DNA from: Psilocybe cubensis
Taxonomy: Eukaryota
Length of the DNA stretch: 64,000 nt
Assembly (NCBI GenBank): GCA_017499595.2
Contig: CM038999.1
Coordinates: forward strand, 806,001-870,000
Direction of reading: 5' to 3'
Shown here in pieces: positions 50,896 to 64,000 of the stretch (its first letter is position 1; the number at the start of each line of letters is the position of its first letter). The notes under the pieces were generated by a model. It saw only the letters and a list, made by a program, of their open reading frames with translations. It searched no databases and was not told the DNA's origin. Both the position numbers and the translations under genes were made by a program.

Positions 50896-53401
50896 CTAAA
50901 TGCTCTTCCAGGAATTATCATCCCAGTTCATGATCAATTTGGCGAGTGACGCTTCAGTTGATGTGCGCCAATACCATGTAACTAATCTACTACGTAACTC
51001 GAGTGAAACTTGAGAATCGAGTTCCCCGCTGTTCATGAGTATGGCACCCATGGATTGCGTCCGAAGGGCTTCATAAAACATTAGTCTAAACTGCAGACAG
51101 CGTGACTAGTAAAGTCTAACGGCTTACGATTCTCATTTGCAATGTACACCAGGGAAATTGGATCTTGGATCATCCAGTGACGATGTCGGAGACTAACAGG
51201 ATCACTTAGCAAAGTTTTCCATTTGAATAAAATTCTTTCCGCGGATTGGCAATGTCGAAGGGTCTTGTGCTGACTGCTAATCATTCTTCGTAATAGGTGA
51301 GCACTGCCAGTAAACTTTTTTTCAATTGTGTATATCAGACCCCCACCTGAGTGACATTAAAAAAAGTGAATTACTTACCACAATATCTCTAACATCCCCC
51401 ACTGGCATTGATTCAATACTGTTAAGAATATCATTGACTTTACGGTTTCGAGCTAATGCAGGGTGGTCAAGGCTGCAATACCCCTCACGTAATCTGGGAA
51501 CTACTTCGAGTAGCTCGGATTTCAATGACAATAAAGTGTTAGAAGTAGTAGTTGATGGACTCCAATTATTGAATGAGGCATGCAGCTCCAGCATAGGTCC
51601 TTCAAAATGCTCGAAGCTAATGGACAGCTTAAAATCTTCAAAGGCTTCAAGACGTTCAATGGACATAATGCTGAAATCTGATTCAATTTTATAGCGATCC
51701 TCGCAACGGGAACGAGCAAGCCTATTCAAAGCGTCCATTATGGCAGCATCGGTGGTCTCTCCTTCATTGATGCGTTTGTAATGATGGAAAGCACATGTGC
51801 GCAACAAGGGGACAAGAGGCTGATGCTTATAACCATAAGCAAGGTTGAGAATGTCGGAGGATGACATCGGTAGATTGACACTCAAGGTGTCCAACTCTGG
51901 TGCAAACAAGAGAAGTTCAGACAGCTCATTTGGCCCCACACGTTTTGGATGTCGAAGAGTTAGTTTCTTTAACGGGCAGGGAGACGAGTTATTGAGCATT
52001 CGGGCAAGACTCGGCATCGTGTTGTCATGATCCGCTGTTATGTGCAATATTTGGATTGCAGGAACCTTGAGATAATCAAAACAGCTTCGCATTGTCGGAC
52101 AGTTATAAAAAACACGTATTTCAAGGCTGACGAGGAAAGAGAGAGCAATGTGCGGAAATACATAGCCTTCGGAATAGAACGTCAGCGATAGCGTAGTCAA
52201 TGCATGGAAATCAAAATTGGGAGGGGTCCAATTTGTCGGGCTAGTCAATCCGATGCCATGATCTTCAGTGTAGTGCAGTAGTTGTTTGAATGGTAAGGGA
52301 AACATGGCCCGCAACGGACTCTCCACATACACTGTCGTTAAAAGGGGGGCCGATTGAAAACAATCGTTGGGTTCGACTACCGACCATGTCCATGACCACG
52401 AAGAAGTTGAGAGATCTATTCTCCTAAGGGCTGGAAGCCGACCTCGAAGAGAACGGAGAGCTGCGAAGGCCTTGCAAGGTAATTTCACACACAAAGTTTC
52501 CCAGCTTTCTGCATACTGGCACAGAAAATTCAACACAGGGTGTGATTCTCCTTCAAAGTCATAGCTACAAGTAATGTTCAGATGGAGGGGCTGTCCTTTC
52601 GAGCGTCGGAGCAGCTCTTTGATGCATTGCAGCTGTAATTTGGATCTCGTGCCTGAATTGTCAAGCGTAATGGACGGTAGTTTCCAGAGAGATGAAATAT
52701 TAAGAGCAATGGTCCTCCATGAATGACAGATTTGGGCAAGGTTCCACTGAGGACCTGAGTTGTAAATGACAAAAGATCTGGGGCTAGACCATGCGTTTGG
52801 TTCGAAAAGGCTTGTTCCAACCCATAAGAACACCTCTTGCAAAATTTCGACGGGAAGTCGTCGTACAATTGATATAATACCCTGGTGCTGGCGGATAAAT
52901 TGATTTGCAGCCTCGAGCTTGTAAATGGTCACCAATTCCAAAGCTCGACTAATCTCTCTGTCACTTTTCGTTTTGTTGAGGGTCTCAGACAAGCGAGTCG
53001 CTTCCGCCTGTGCAGCCTGAATCGATTCAGAGATCAATGCCAATTCGGATTCAGTGGGAGGTTGATTAGAGATGAGAAGTCTAGGAACAGGTGGATCGGG
53101 CAATATGATGTCCGTAGCTCCTGGCAAGGAAGATATTATTGCAATTTTGACCGACTGTTTTGCCCTGTGATTCGCTCTGATCAAAGTCCTAGCCATCCTG
53201 ACTACTTTTTTTTTGCTCCTTGCTGCTCCACGTCGTAGCGCTTTGCCTGCTTGTGTCTCGAGCGCCGGATCCACAACGGCCCATTTGGGCAGAAATACGA
53301 TTAGCTATTGTTGGGTATTGTAAAGTCCTTTTTAGCAAACGTTGAAAGATATAAAATACAGCCAATAAATCAACCTTTAATATATCGACCGCGACTGACA
53401 T
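50896..53401 (-). CDS. F-box-like/LRR-like protein, paralogue of the 35-37 kb gene; probable short first exon 53401-53375, main exon 53304-51379, two short 3' exons
   Basis: SNQPPT...RRLPVEILQEVF...LAQICHSWRTIALNISSLW; same 3' two-intron layout as the 35-37 kb gene. Confidence 0.8.
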
Positions 53402-53938
53402 TACACCAGGGAAATACTGCACGAAGTGTGGGCAGGCAGGGAAGAGAAGTTGGAGAACCGTAGTTTTGCCGTGGCTGTGGTTAGGTTTGGTTTGGTTTGT
53501 CGTGAAGGGGGATTTGCACCTGTTTGGCTTCCCCACAGAGTCACAAACTCACTGAGTCCTACTAATGACTTCTCGGAGTTCTCTGGAGACCTCGAGTCGT
53601 TGGAATCTGATTATTACCTCGCAACAAGCAATCGGTATGAATTGTCGGGATTTGTATATCGAAAGGTTCATGTGTGGGCGTATAGTACAGTTTTTGTAGG
53701 TGTGACAAGGTGTGATGCCGCCATATTTTACGGTAATTGAAAGAGTATAATCAGCCAAGGTTAATGGAATTCATTCTGAGGAGCCAGATCGGCTAAAACA
53801 TAAATGCTAAGTACATAAGTTGTTGAAGTAGAAATAGATGAAGTACGCAGTGTCAATGAAGTAAAGTACTTGATGGTTAAAGCCCCTAAACAGCACACTT
53901 AGGTCAGCAAAAGTTGCCGGAAGGTCAAGACTTCGGAG

Positions 53939-56900
53939 ATGGCTGCACCGTTGACATCAACCATATCCATGGCTTCGGACGAGTTGCCGCATGAAGTCAT
54001 TCTTTCGATCCAACGAGTTCTCGATATTCAACCGACAGAAGAAATAGACCGCTTAGATGGCCTTTCACAAAAATTCAATGCAATTGCAATTTTGAACGAT
54101 TTCTTCCCCGATGGTGCGTCCGTAAATCATTTCAGAAACAGATATATTTGTCAATTCATATACGCTACGCGCAGAGGCTTCTCTCGCGCACCTTGAGGCC
54201 GTGAGCGCCCATCTGGCCGAAACACATCAAGAGCTTCAGAGTGAAGTCAATTCGCTGCAATCAGAGTTGAGAGTTAGTCAGGATCCAGAGAGAATGTCCG
54301 TGATACAGGAAATGATATCGGTGCGTCCTACTTTGAATGTTGCGACTTCTTCCATTTATCACTCTTTGCTGAAGGATCTGCTGGGCCAAATGTCACGCAT
54401 AAGAGAAAAGGCTACAGAATCAGAGGCCGTGGTTCGTAATATCACGAAAGATATCCAGGTGCTAGATTTGGCAAAGAAGAATCTTATTACAAGTATGACG
54501 ATGATGAAGAGACTGCAAATGCTAGGTATGATAGACCTCAATTCTGGGACTTCTTTCTTTCTTAACTCGCAAACGTTTAGTCAATGCTTTAACACAACTG
54601 GAGGATTTAATTAAAGAGAAGAAATACAGCGAAGTTGCACAGACTTTAGCGGTAAGTAATTTGTGTAGTTTGCTGGTTTTTGTATTTTTAAGCTCATACA
54701 TATGACAGGCCGTGAAACAAATATCTTCGTCTTTCAAATCATATACCGCGGTTCCACGGATTAATCGCGTTTGGAAGCACATTCAGGATGTCCAAGCGCG
54801 ATTGAAAACTCAGCTAGATGCAGATTTTGACGCATTGTGAGCGTTCCTGAGTTTTCACCCGCTCATAGGCACTGATTATTCTTGAAGCTATCTCCAGGAC
54901 AGTAACAACAAGATCAAAGCACCGCTAATTGCAGATGCATGCCTAGTTGTCGACGTTCTGGGGCCTGATGTCAAGGCACATGTCATTGAGCGTTTCGTTG
55001 CTTTGGAACTCAAAGAATACAGACGTATATTTCGTACAAACGACGAGGCTGGTCAATTGGACAATATCTCTAGACGTTTCGCCTGGTTCCGCAGGTTGCT
55101 TCAGACGCATGAACTTGAGCAAGGCAGAGTGTTTCCAGCCGAATGGCGGGTAAGCTGGCATTTACTAGCCAAATTCACGGAGATTTCAAGGTTAGTTTAT
55201 CCCATCGTTTGAAATCCGGATGGTTGATGGCTTTTTCCAGAGACGACGTAACGACGCTTCTGACCAAAGCAGGCTCGAATCTCACTGTAAAGTCGCTTCT
55301 AGACAATTTAGCCATGACGACGGAATTCGAGCAAGCTATGTCTAAAAAATGGGCTACACCTGTGGGTGCTGTTCCGCTCTAGTATACCCAACTTCCTGAG
55401 TTTCTCTTACTTTCAGTTTAAAGAAATGCTCAAAGCGACGGACAACCCACATTCGGAGCCTGGAAAACCTATTTCTGCTGCATTCGAACCACATATGGGC
55501 ATCTTTGTAGATGCACAGGACAAGTGGGTTACAAATATCTAGCAGGCTGCTTTTTCTGACCTTGTTTCTGTAGGGTCCTTGTTGACATGCTGGCGCCTCA
55601 TCGCCGAGGCAAAGGAAGTAATATCAAAGTACCAGCGCGGGCATCGATGGAAACCACCTCTGGCACAGAAGATAACACTTCGTCGCCCATGGTTGTCTTG
55701 CCTTCATCAACCGACCTATTCTACTTCTACGCTCAGAGTTTGGAACAATGCGCAAAATTATCAACAGGTCAAGCCTTGTTTGATTTATGCACAGTACACA
55801 AGAAATGGCTGCGCATATACGCCGGTAAATATGAATATTAATCTCTCTCTCGACGTTCAATAATGTCTTTACAGAGGAAGTTCTTGCGGTTGATGTCAAA
55901 CGGTGCGACTCAGAATTGAGAAACTTGGTTTTAAATTTATCTTCCATATAGGCCTGTTGCGACCTCGAGGAAATCGACGGAGGGTCGCTTTGATCTTGAG
56001 TTGATAAAGCAAATCTGCCTTTCAATAAATACGGCTGATTATTGTCAAACCACTGCTCTTGAGGTTCGATTGATCTTCACTTTCGTTTGGCATGGTGTAT
56101 TAATCTGATATCTAGCTCGAGGAAAAGGTCAAAGAGAAAATCAATCCGGAATTCAAGGAGAAAATTACTTTCCAGGTCGAATGCGATTTGTTCGTCAGGT
56201 ATGAAACCATCTTGCCGCCGCCACAAATCCCGCCGCCTGATTTTTACCTTTAGTTCAATATCAACAGCCATCAATGTCATTTTGAGGGAGTTTGAAGCCA
56301 ACTGCGATCCATCATTTACTACACTAAGCCGGATGTCATGGTCCTCAATCAATCAAGTCAGCGGACCGTCTCCCTACACGGGAGAGCTAGTGAAATCGGC
56401 AGAACAAGTCGTTGAATACATCAAGCCAAGAATAGAACAAAAGAAGTATCTCCGAAATATTTTTGACAAAGCTTCGAGGTGCGTCATTCTGTATTCGGCG
56501 TATTGACACTTTTTTGCTCATATCTGGATTAGTATCATTCTGGTGAAGTTCACAAATTCGCTTGTACGAAGCCGGCCCCTCAAAGAAATCGGAGCTGAAC
56601 AGGTGAATATATGCGCGTCAGTGATGCGAATTTGATTGGCTCATAACACTGAAAGCTACTCATTGATCTTCAAACCATCAAAGCTTTCTTGGTCAAAATG
56701 CCTGGCGACACGTTGGCTTCCACTTCGTATTTATCATTTTTGTTCAATTGAGGGGTATCCGTTGACTCCAGGTTTATAGATATACTCGATCGTTAAATAA
56801 GACGACTACCCGACTGGAGGCGTTACTGAAAGTTATTGTGACACCTGTGGTAGGTGTCCTTTTGCCTCGTTTAATGAGCAAATGAATAATCTTTTCCGAC

Positions 56901-57408
56901 GTCTAGGACCCACCAGAGGGTTTCATTCTCAATTATACCTTATTAATAGGAGATGCATCATTTTCGAATTTCCAAAAGGTCCAAACAGCGAGACTACCAC
57001 TTTACGGAAACGACTGCTTACTCGTTTCATTTGCAGATTCTTGACCTGAAAGGCACTGCGAAAGCCACACAAAATAACCTTCTGGACTCGTTTTTGACAA
57101 TCACGAGCACGAAGACAGACCTTGAAAGCACTTCTTTCTTGTCCTCTTTAGACATGGACCCACCAATGACTGGTCATGCAGGAGGCAGTCTCGTTAGCCC
57201 AGGTGCCAGTAGAGTCTCACTGCCATTAGGTGGCAGCGAAGGCATCTTTGCGAGCATGACTGGGCCAGGACAGAGTGGGCCCACTACAGGCTCAAGCACT
57301 GCCGACAACGCTGCTGGCCGTGCTGAAAATCACCGACGCGAAGTGTTTTCAGACTTTCGTCGGTTTGTCAGCTTCGGTTTGAGGAAAGATTCGACAGCAC
57401 CGTCATAA
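53939..57408 (+). CDS. VPS53: GARP complex subunit Vps53, multi-exon
   Basis: IREKATESEAVVRNITKDIQVLDLAKKNLITSMT, EYRRIFRTNDEAGQLDNISRRFAWFRR, LPSSTDLFYFY, INTADYCQTT and GDASFSNFQKILDLKG motifs across exons. Confidence 0.93.
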
Positions 57409-57629
57409 CGTAGACTGGACTTAATGACATGATGTACAATCCCAGAGGACAGATATACCCTTATCGGAACATGAGAATGACTAAATGCAACAATATTATA
57501 CAGTTGGTTATACATAGTAGATGGAAACAAATTGTAGCAGACAATCCAGGAATGAAAGAAAAAAGATTGACAAAGGTCCCGGTGTAGATGAAAAAGAAAA
57601 AAAAAATCGCAGAGAAAGAGAGTAAGAAC

Positions 57630-60600
57630 CTAGCTAAATGGATGTCCGGAAGTACTAGAAGGGTCCAGTCGTTCGTTACTCGTGTTATTGCTCGGCCTTT
57701 GGGAAAAGGCAGAGAAAGAAGGTGTTGGTGCTGCCGTAGATGCTGACCGTGAATGGTCGGCTGATGTTAGGATTGGGGATGGTAAACCAAGAACTCTGTT
57801 CACTATGATACTGGGATCAAATGCCCGACGAGGATACTCCTCAACTGAATTTCCTGGCAACGGAGGATGAGTCGGGCCTTCGACGACCGTATTGCGTTGA
57901 GAAAGATCCTCGGAGTCGCTGTGTCGGAAGTGAAGGTCAGAAACAGAAATGGGTATGCTCTCAGTGGGCGAATCCATGTCTTCCAAGTGAGGATGAATGT
58001 GTAGATGGTCTCCAGCTTGTGTGAAGCCAGAAACGCGAGAAGTTCGCGAATGACGGGCCTGAGGAAGGTTATAATCCATGATATGATGGGGAGAAGGTGG
58101 AATGTTGACCTGAACGGCGATCGGGAAAGTGCTGGAGTCAGTAGAAAGACCTTCGGAAGGGGAAAGTTTTTGGGACTCCCCAGAGGAGTCGTTCGCTGGC
58201 GCTGGAGGTAGATTGGTCGCTATGCTCGGTACCGTCGTGTTGCTCCATCTTGATCTTGGTTCTGTGACACCAGGAAGAGAAAGTCGTCCTTCATTGATTA
58301 CTTTCTCCTGATCGGACCCTGTGAAGATTGAGCGCGACCGCATAGATCCCTCTCGCGAGACCGTCAAGTCAAGGAAGGAGGTCACCCCATCTGAATGACC
58401 TTCCGAAGGCTGTTTCGACGAACTCTGTGGACTCGTTGACATTAACGGCCTTGGAAATTTAATAGGCGTCAATCGGAACGGCAATCGTGAAGTTCCTTGA
58501 ATGAACTCTGGCATTTGTACAGTTGGAGGGACAGGAAGGCGACGTGGGGATCCAGTGGGTTGTGTTGATGCGTTTTTGCCTGTACTCGCAGTGGCGTACG
58601 CACCATCGGATGATTCGTCGCTGGCTAACCGAGCTGATCGTGAATCGAAATCGACATGGAAAGGACTAGTTGCCCTGACGCTCAGAAATACCCCGTCCTT
58701 TACTTCAACATCTTCCTCACTGGTGCTGGATGCTGGAGGCCGTGGGAGTGGACGTATTTTTAGTTCTGGCTTATTTTGCTCCTCAGCTTGTTCGTGTTCA
58801 GGGGGTACATGAACAGATGGCGATTCCACGGATGGCGGGACGAGCACAGAGTGTCGAGTTCTATTTTCGCGCCATTGCGGTTGTCGTTGTGGGGCCTCGC
58901 TTGTGCGAGGACTCAAACTTCGTAATACCTGGCGCATAGTGCTTGGTTCCGTAATGCTTGGGTTGTCTTCAGTCGTAACGCTCACACCGTCGTATCGCGT
59001 CAAAGGCCTCATGGGAATGACCTCGGGACCCGTTAATTGCTGATGAGCGTATGTGTCTTCTTGGGAATCCGGATCCGAACTGGGTTCGCCTTCATGAAGG
59101 AGAAACCCATGACTGTTCTCTCGGAAGTGGGTACGTGGGTACGAAACATTAACAGGTGAATGGGAAACAGACCGTGGGCCAGATGGAATACCTGCAGATG
59201 GATCAGACGCAGAGGTGGAGTTGGAAATAGAATTGTTGATGTGATTGAAATCTTGGGTCGAGCCACTGTTAGATACAGACATAGCATAGGATGGCGGAGC
59301 GGGATTCCGGAGAGCTTGAGGCGAAGGCTCTGCAGCGACGAATGAAGATAGATGGCCCATGGATGTTATTCTAGCTGAGTTTTGCCCAGCGGACTGGCGG
59401 TGCCCTTGCTGTTGCAGTGGGAGGTCGAGCGTAAAGCTTGGAGACCATGATCTCCCCGTTATCTGTCTTGCTTTGCCCTTGCTTTTCGCCCGTGCCTTCC
59501 GTTTGGCCGAAGAGTCTGAACTTGTGGGGAAACTTTGCTCGCTCCTGGGTCGCTCTTGAATGGTCTCGGGACTCTTTTCTTCGGCAGAACCTGAATGTCT
59601 GAAGTGGAGAGGCAAACTCATACCCCCAAAACTTCCTCGGACGGCCTCTCTTCTCCAACGCGCAAAACCACTCATACCACTAAGTCGCTGGTTATCAACA
59701 ACAGGGCTAATAGGACTGAGTTCTTCGAAAGGTTCCCCTTTGCCGTAGTTTCCTTCTCCTGTGGTATTTGCATTGTCTATGCCTCCTCCTTTGGAGTTAT
59801 CTTCTAGTCCGGTCGTAACGAAGTGGTGTACTTGTTGCCCACTTCTACGCCTTCTTGGACGATACCAAAGGAAGAAAAATAAGAAACCCGCCAACAGTAT
59901 GAAGGCAAGAATGCCTGCAAGAACAAAAGCCGCGATTGTCCCTTTAGGAAACGACATGTTGCTTGTAGCTCCAGCAGTAGGTGAGCTGTCAGGAGGGACA
60001 GGTAAACTACGAGACAAGTTAGTAAAGCTAAGCAAAGGTAGGCGATGTGAAACTTGCTTATAAGATACAAATGTGCTAAATCCGTCCACCAGCAGTGAAA
60101 GCTCGCCCCCACCCTGATTCCGGACCTCCACAGAGTGCATAGCATTGGGATCCAATCCCGATGCGAAAAACAACAGTGATTCGTAGTCCGTGAATGACGA
60201 ACGAGCGGAAAAAGAGTTCGTTACATTGTCTAAAGTCACTGAATAATTTGCGGCGCCTGGAGACGTCGTGCCCCGTATGAGGAGTGCAGTCCCTATGTGT
60301 AAACTTTGTAAATCCTACGATGGGGGGAAGTGGCAGGGCTGAAGGGGCGGCTTACCGTTAAAGGTCGCCATTGCCCTGTCTCCTACAGTACTTGATGTAT
60401 GGAAAGAGGATCCAGTAGGAATTTGCTCAAATGACCATCTTCCGAGGAAAGCTATGTCGTTGTCAACAACTATATCCTGTCGGAAGCTTGTGCTGTATGG
60501 AACGACCAAAACGGTAAGCCAAAATTGCGACAAAACGTGGCTTTCACCTTTGATGGAAAAGGCAACTCACTTTGATGAAACAGGGATTGAAGATGAAGTT

Positions 60601-61108
60601 ATTATCGCTTTATCGAAAACTAACATAGAAGAATTAGGCGGATTTTGTCCTTGTGGTATCTGAGCTGTTAATGTGATATTGTGAGCAACATCTTCCAGTC
60701 CCTGCATATTGACGAGAACGTTGCTTCCGGTTTGGGTACTATCAGTATTAACGGAAACTGATTGTCCATCGATGGTCACCGAATAAGACGCCAGAGTAAC
60801 ATTCCCTTGCAACTGGATCCCAGTTCCTGGAAGATCGATTGACATCTTTAGTGATACTATTATGATGGGAGGATGATGTGACAAAAAAACATACCACGCC
60901 ATTGGAAGGCGAGAGAAGCGCCATCAAGAGACGTGATGTGCAGACTAGTGCCATTGCCAACCTCACCTATGGAAGCGGCAAAGCCAGAGATGTTAAAATA
61001 TGGGTTCCAGCCCGCACCAAGATTTGGGGTAGTAAAGGTATCCGCAAAGGGAGAGTAGTGGATTGTAGGAGAAGTGTCGTCCACGATGAATTGAACGACG
61101 CTCTCCAT
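57630..61108 (-). CDS. Single-pass membrane protein with jelly-roll ectodomains and a ~750-aa disordered Ser/Pro-rich cytoplasmic tail; ~5 exons
   Basis: MESVVQFIVDDTSPTIHYSP..., GTGIQLQG, HNITLT...FDKAII, TM GTIAAFVLAGILAFILLAGFLFFFLWY followed by RPRRRR. Confidence 0.8.
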
Positions 61109-61947
61109 GAATTCATGGGCTCGGTCGGGTCCAGCACGAAGAGATGAAAGAAAGCGGACAAAGCAGGGATTGCTGGTTTGTATATTGCCCCTCTGTTCCC
61201 GCAAATTCGAATGAATGGCAATCAATCTGCGATAGATTGCCTGATACGCGTCAATCCAGGTCTTGCCAACAAACAGCGTCAGTAGCGAAGCCCACTGGGG
61301 TATAATGGAAGGATATCCGTGAAAACTAGACCGGACTGGTTATGAACTAAGGGCTGAACATGGAATTCCTGGAAGACCTTGAGGCGAAGGATCCGCTAAG
61401 GCTTTGACTTAGCCCTTCCCTTGATTGGTCGCATGCAATAAACCGGATTTAGAGGCTGTCAAAAGAGGAGAATGTGTGTATATTACCCATTTGGATTGTC
61501 ATACCGACCGACATAACCGTACGCCGAAGGAGGAGGACAAGTAATGAAAGAGCTAAGATTGTTACTAAACCCAAATGGCGGAATACAGTCCACTGGCTCG
61601 GTTGCAGTCCGCCGGACCTGCCGGACCTCCTAAGTACATTGTCTTGTTCTCTACAATACCATGACTTGCACTTGAATCTTGTAGCAACCAACTCTAAGAG
61701 GTGACAATACGGCTTTGACATTCCGCATGTTGGGGTGCAGCCTGGCAGGCATCCAGGATATATTTGACACCATCAGTCACATTGCTCTCAAGACTCATTC
61801 GACTCACACGTTGGAACATCTTCTGTTGGATGTCGTAGTACGGTTCTGAGGTTATTTCTACCCCCACAAGCTGCCAGCTCATCCTCTGGACACTCACGCG
61901 TATAAAGAACACAACAGGAACACGCTAACGCGTATAATAATATCTAC

Positions 61948-64000
61948 ATGTCGATTCCAGAACAGCTTCCTCTGCACTTGATTGGAACCCAGGCATTCCT
62001 GCCGGCACTACTTTCATATATACGAAGCCTTGCCAATACCACCTCTCTTCCGCTTGATCATGTCATCTTCCAATCAGTTCTTGTGTGTCTTATCGCGGGT
62101 GACAAACACCTGATCCTCCGCACACCAGAGGAGGATGTATCTTTTGTAGTAAAATTGGTCGTTTGGGTGAGTCAAAATTGTCCCCCTTTCCCCAGATTTC
62201 CTTTCTATATCAGTTATTGTGTGCTTAAAAGCATCTTGCTGCTTGCTCTATAAACTACCGGGCAACACAGCTTTGGTTGGCGCTAAGTTGTTGATACTCC
62301 ATTGTCGAGACCCGCCGAAACTTGAGGTCCCACCAGTGACCCTGCATTATTTTCGAATACATCAAACACGATTTGATATATGTCATGGTCTCCGTTGGCG
62401 CATGTCTTCCTACCTTTTCATTCGGATAAGAAATTGCGTTAACCTTGTCTGCTCACCATACCTCCTTGCTCGTCGCATCATCGTCATTTGCATTTCTGAC
62501 CATCTCTTATTATAGACTCTATCCTGTATATTCAATTTTCCAACACATAAATTAAAACTTCGGAAACAGCTCCGTTCAAAAACTGGCATCTCATCAGTGT
62601 CTGATCCGGATGCCTTTCTGCGGTCGTTGTTTTTCCCGCCGGGATCCTCTTCTTCCAACTCGAATCAAACATCGCAAGATGAAGGAACTGCTGAAAACTT
62701 GAAACATTTGGGCCACTATCGTCACCACTCCCATGCGCGTTCCTCATTGAAACCCGGGACAAAGCACCAACCAGAATACTCCCGTTCACGGTCTTTTCCA
62801 AACAATCTCGGAGCTGCACAAGACCATGGGACACCTGCTCCAGATTTTCCTGCTTCGCAAGGTGCCACCACCACCACAGGGCAACGATCTGTCGCCACTA
62901 CCCCTCATTCGCCGGGGTTGCCGTCAATATTGAAACCCCAACCGATATATCCCAACAGTATGCCCCACGCGCATACTGATCCGCTACCATTGCCCAGGCG
63001 GAAGAAAACATTATCACAGTCTAAGCCATTGCAACTTCCCCACGCCTTGGTCCTTTCGGGTCTAGAGAATGCAGCGGATAGTGTTCAACGCTCCCTGGCA
63101 AGGGTATTGGCAGATAAAAAGGTAGTATTAGAAAGTCGAAGAGATACCACTGCGCTAGATTCAGATAGAACAGGATTTGTCGAAGATGGAGTTTGGACTC
63201 TTCCCGATGGGTTTATCGTAGTGTATGTTTGTCCCTGGAATGCTCGAGAGCGGCCTGCTCTCCACAAATCACTGGTAAGATCCACTGTCATCATAGAACC
63301 GACCCATGCTTATCAGAAAACTATCACAGTTGGACAAGTTCGCCATGAGCGCAGATGTATTCATTTCTCAAAGTATACGTCGCGATTTCCATTCGCTCCC
63401 CTTTTCTTCTTCTCCTCGTGCATTCCACCCCAGTTTTGTTTCGCACTCCAATCCGGGCAGTCCATCACCTTCACATCCTACGCCACTGCCTCCTACCCAC
63501 ACGCCACCTGTATTCACAAAAGCCTTGCCTCTACCCAGAAAGTCGTCTGCCCATTTTAATCCGCCTCCTCTTCCTGATGTTGTCCTTCCTACATCATTTA
63601 TCAAGGCTCTGCAAGATGCTCGCCACAGGGTCCACATTTCATGGTCCTCATCTTTATATCTATCTGATCTTTTCTCTGCTACGCGACACCACTCACGCCT
63701 AGATGCGATGTTGCTCACTGCCAAGTCGATGAAAGATGCTGAAGATCTTATTTGCGCCTCCCGCATCATCGGGAATGATCTCACAGGGATGGAACTTGTA
63801 CGCAGCTCAGGATTGATATACGATGGCGACGCCGCCGAAGAAGACGACGATGACGATCCCTCTGGCAACGAAAATGTTGATTCGATTGCACGGGATTACG
63901 TGCGGCTTGAAGATGTTGACGAACATTCGACCATGTCTGCACCGTCGCGTATGAATGCCAAAGACACGAACGAGCAGCAGTCGCTCACTGCCACCACAAC
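61948..64000 (+). CDS. Mtc2-like / MoxR-ChlI-type degenerate AAA+ protein; runs off the right edge
   Basis: CLIAGDKHLILRT, ALVLSGLENAADSVQRSL, GFIVVYV...LLDKFAMS and the lid-like YLSDLFSATRHHSRLDAMLLTAKSMKDAEDL segment; introns near 62168-62515 and 63274-63329. Confidence 0.6.

Overview
Eukaryotic, intron-rich fungal DNA, most likely from an agaricomycete (mushroom-forming basidiomycete). This is inferred from the ~50-70 nt GT-AG introns and the expanded F-box and jelly-roll membrane-protein families. The ORF track is fragmented by introns, so I rebuilt gene models by hand from splice signals; family calls rest on motifs recalled from memory, not on searches. Genes in order: malate synthase (5' part), F-box-like gene, Ctr copper transporter, an NLR-like STAND-NTPase/TPR gene, proteasome alpha3 (PRE9), gluconokinase, a DUF6593-like low-complexity protein, Chz1, a Git3-type GPCR, Rpr2/Rpp21, an MBIP-like protein, a second F-box gene, a jelly-roll membrane protein, an S8 subtilisin, GH128, a PCD-like protein, a third F-box gene, VPS53, a second jelly-roll membrane protein and an Mtc2-like AAA protein (truncated by the window edge). 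There are also two decayed F-box copies and a ~1.17 kb non-autonomous TIR element with a TAA target duplication. Best leads: (1) four short exons missed by the ORF track give the NLR an MLKL-like N-terminal helical domain; (2) an apparent fungal homologue of the metazoan ATAC subunit MBIP; (3) a ~16 kb domain (11.1-27.4 kb) saturated with short tandem stutters and alternating C-rich/G-rich blocks that affect introns, codons and proteins; (4) a spliced unit with one in-frame stop at 38.2-39.4 kb. No tRNA, rRNA or CRISPR array was seen.
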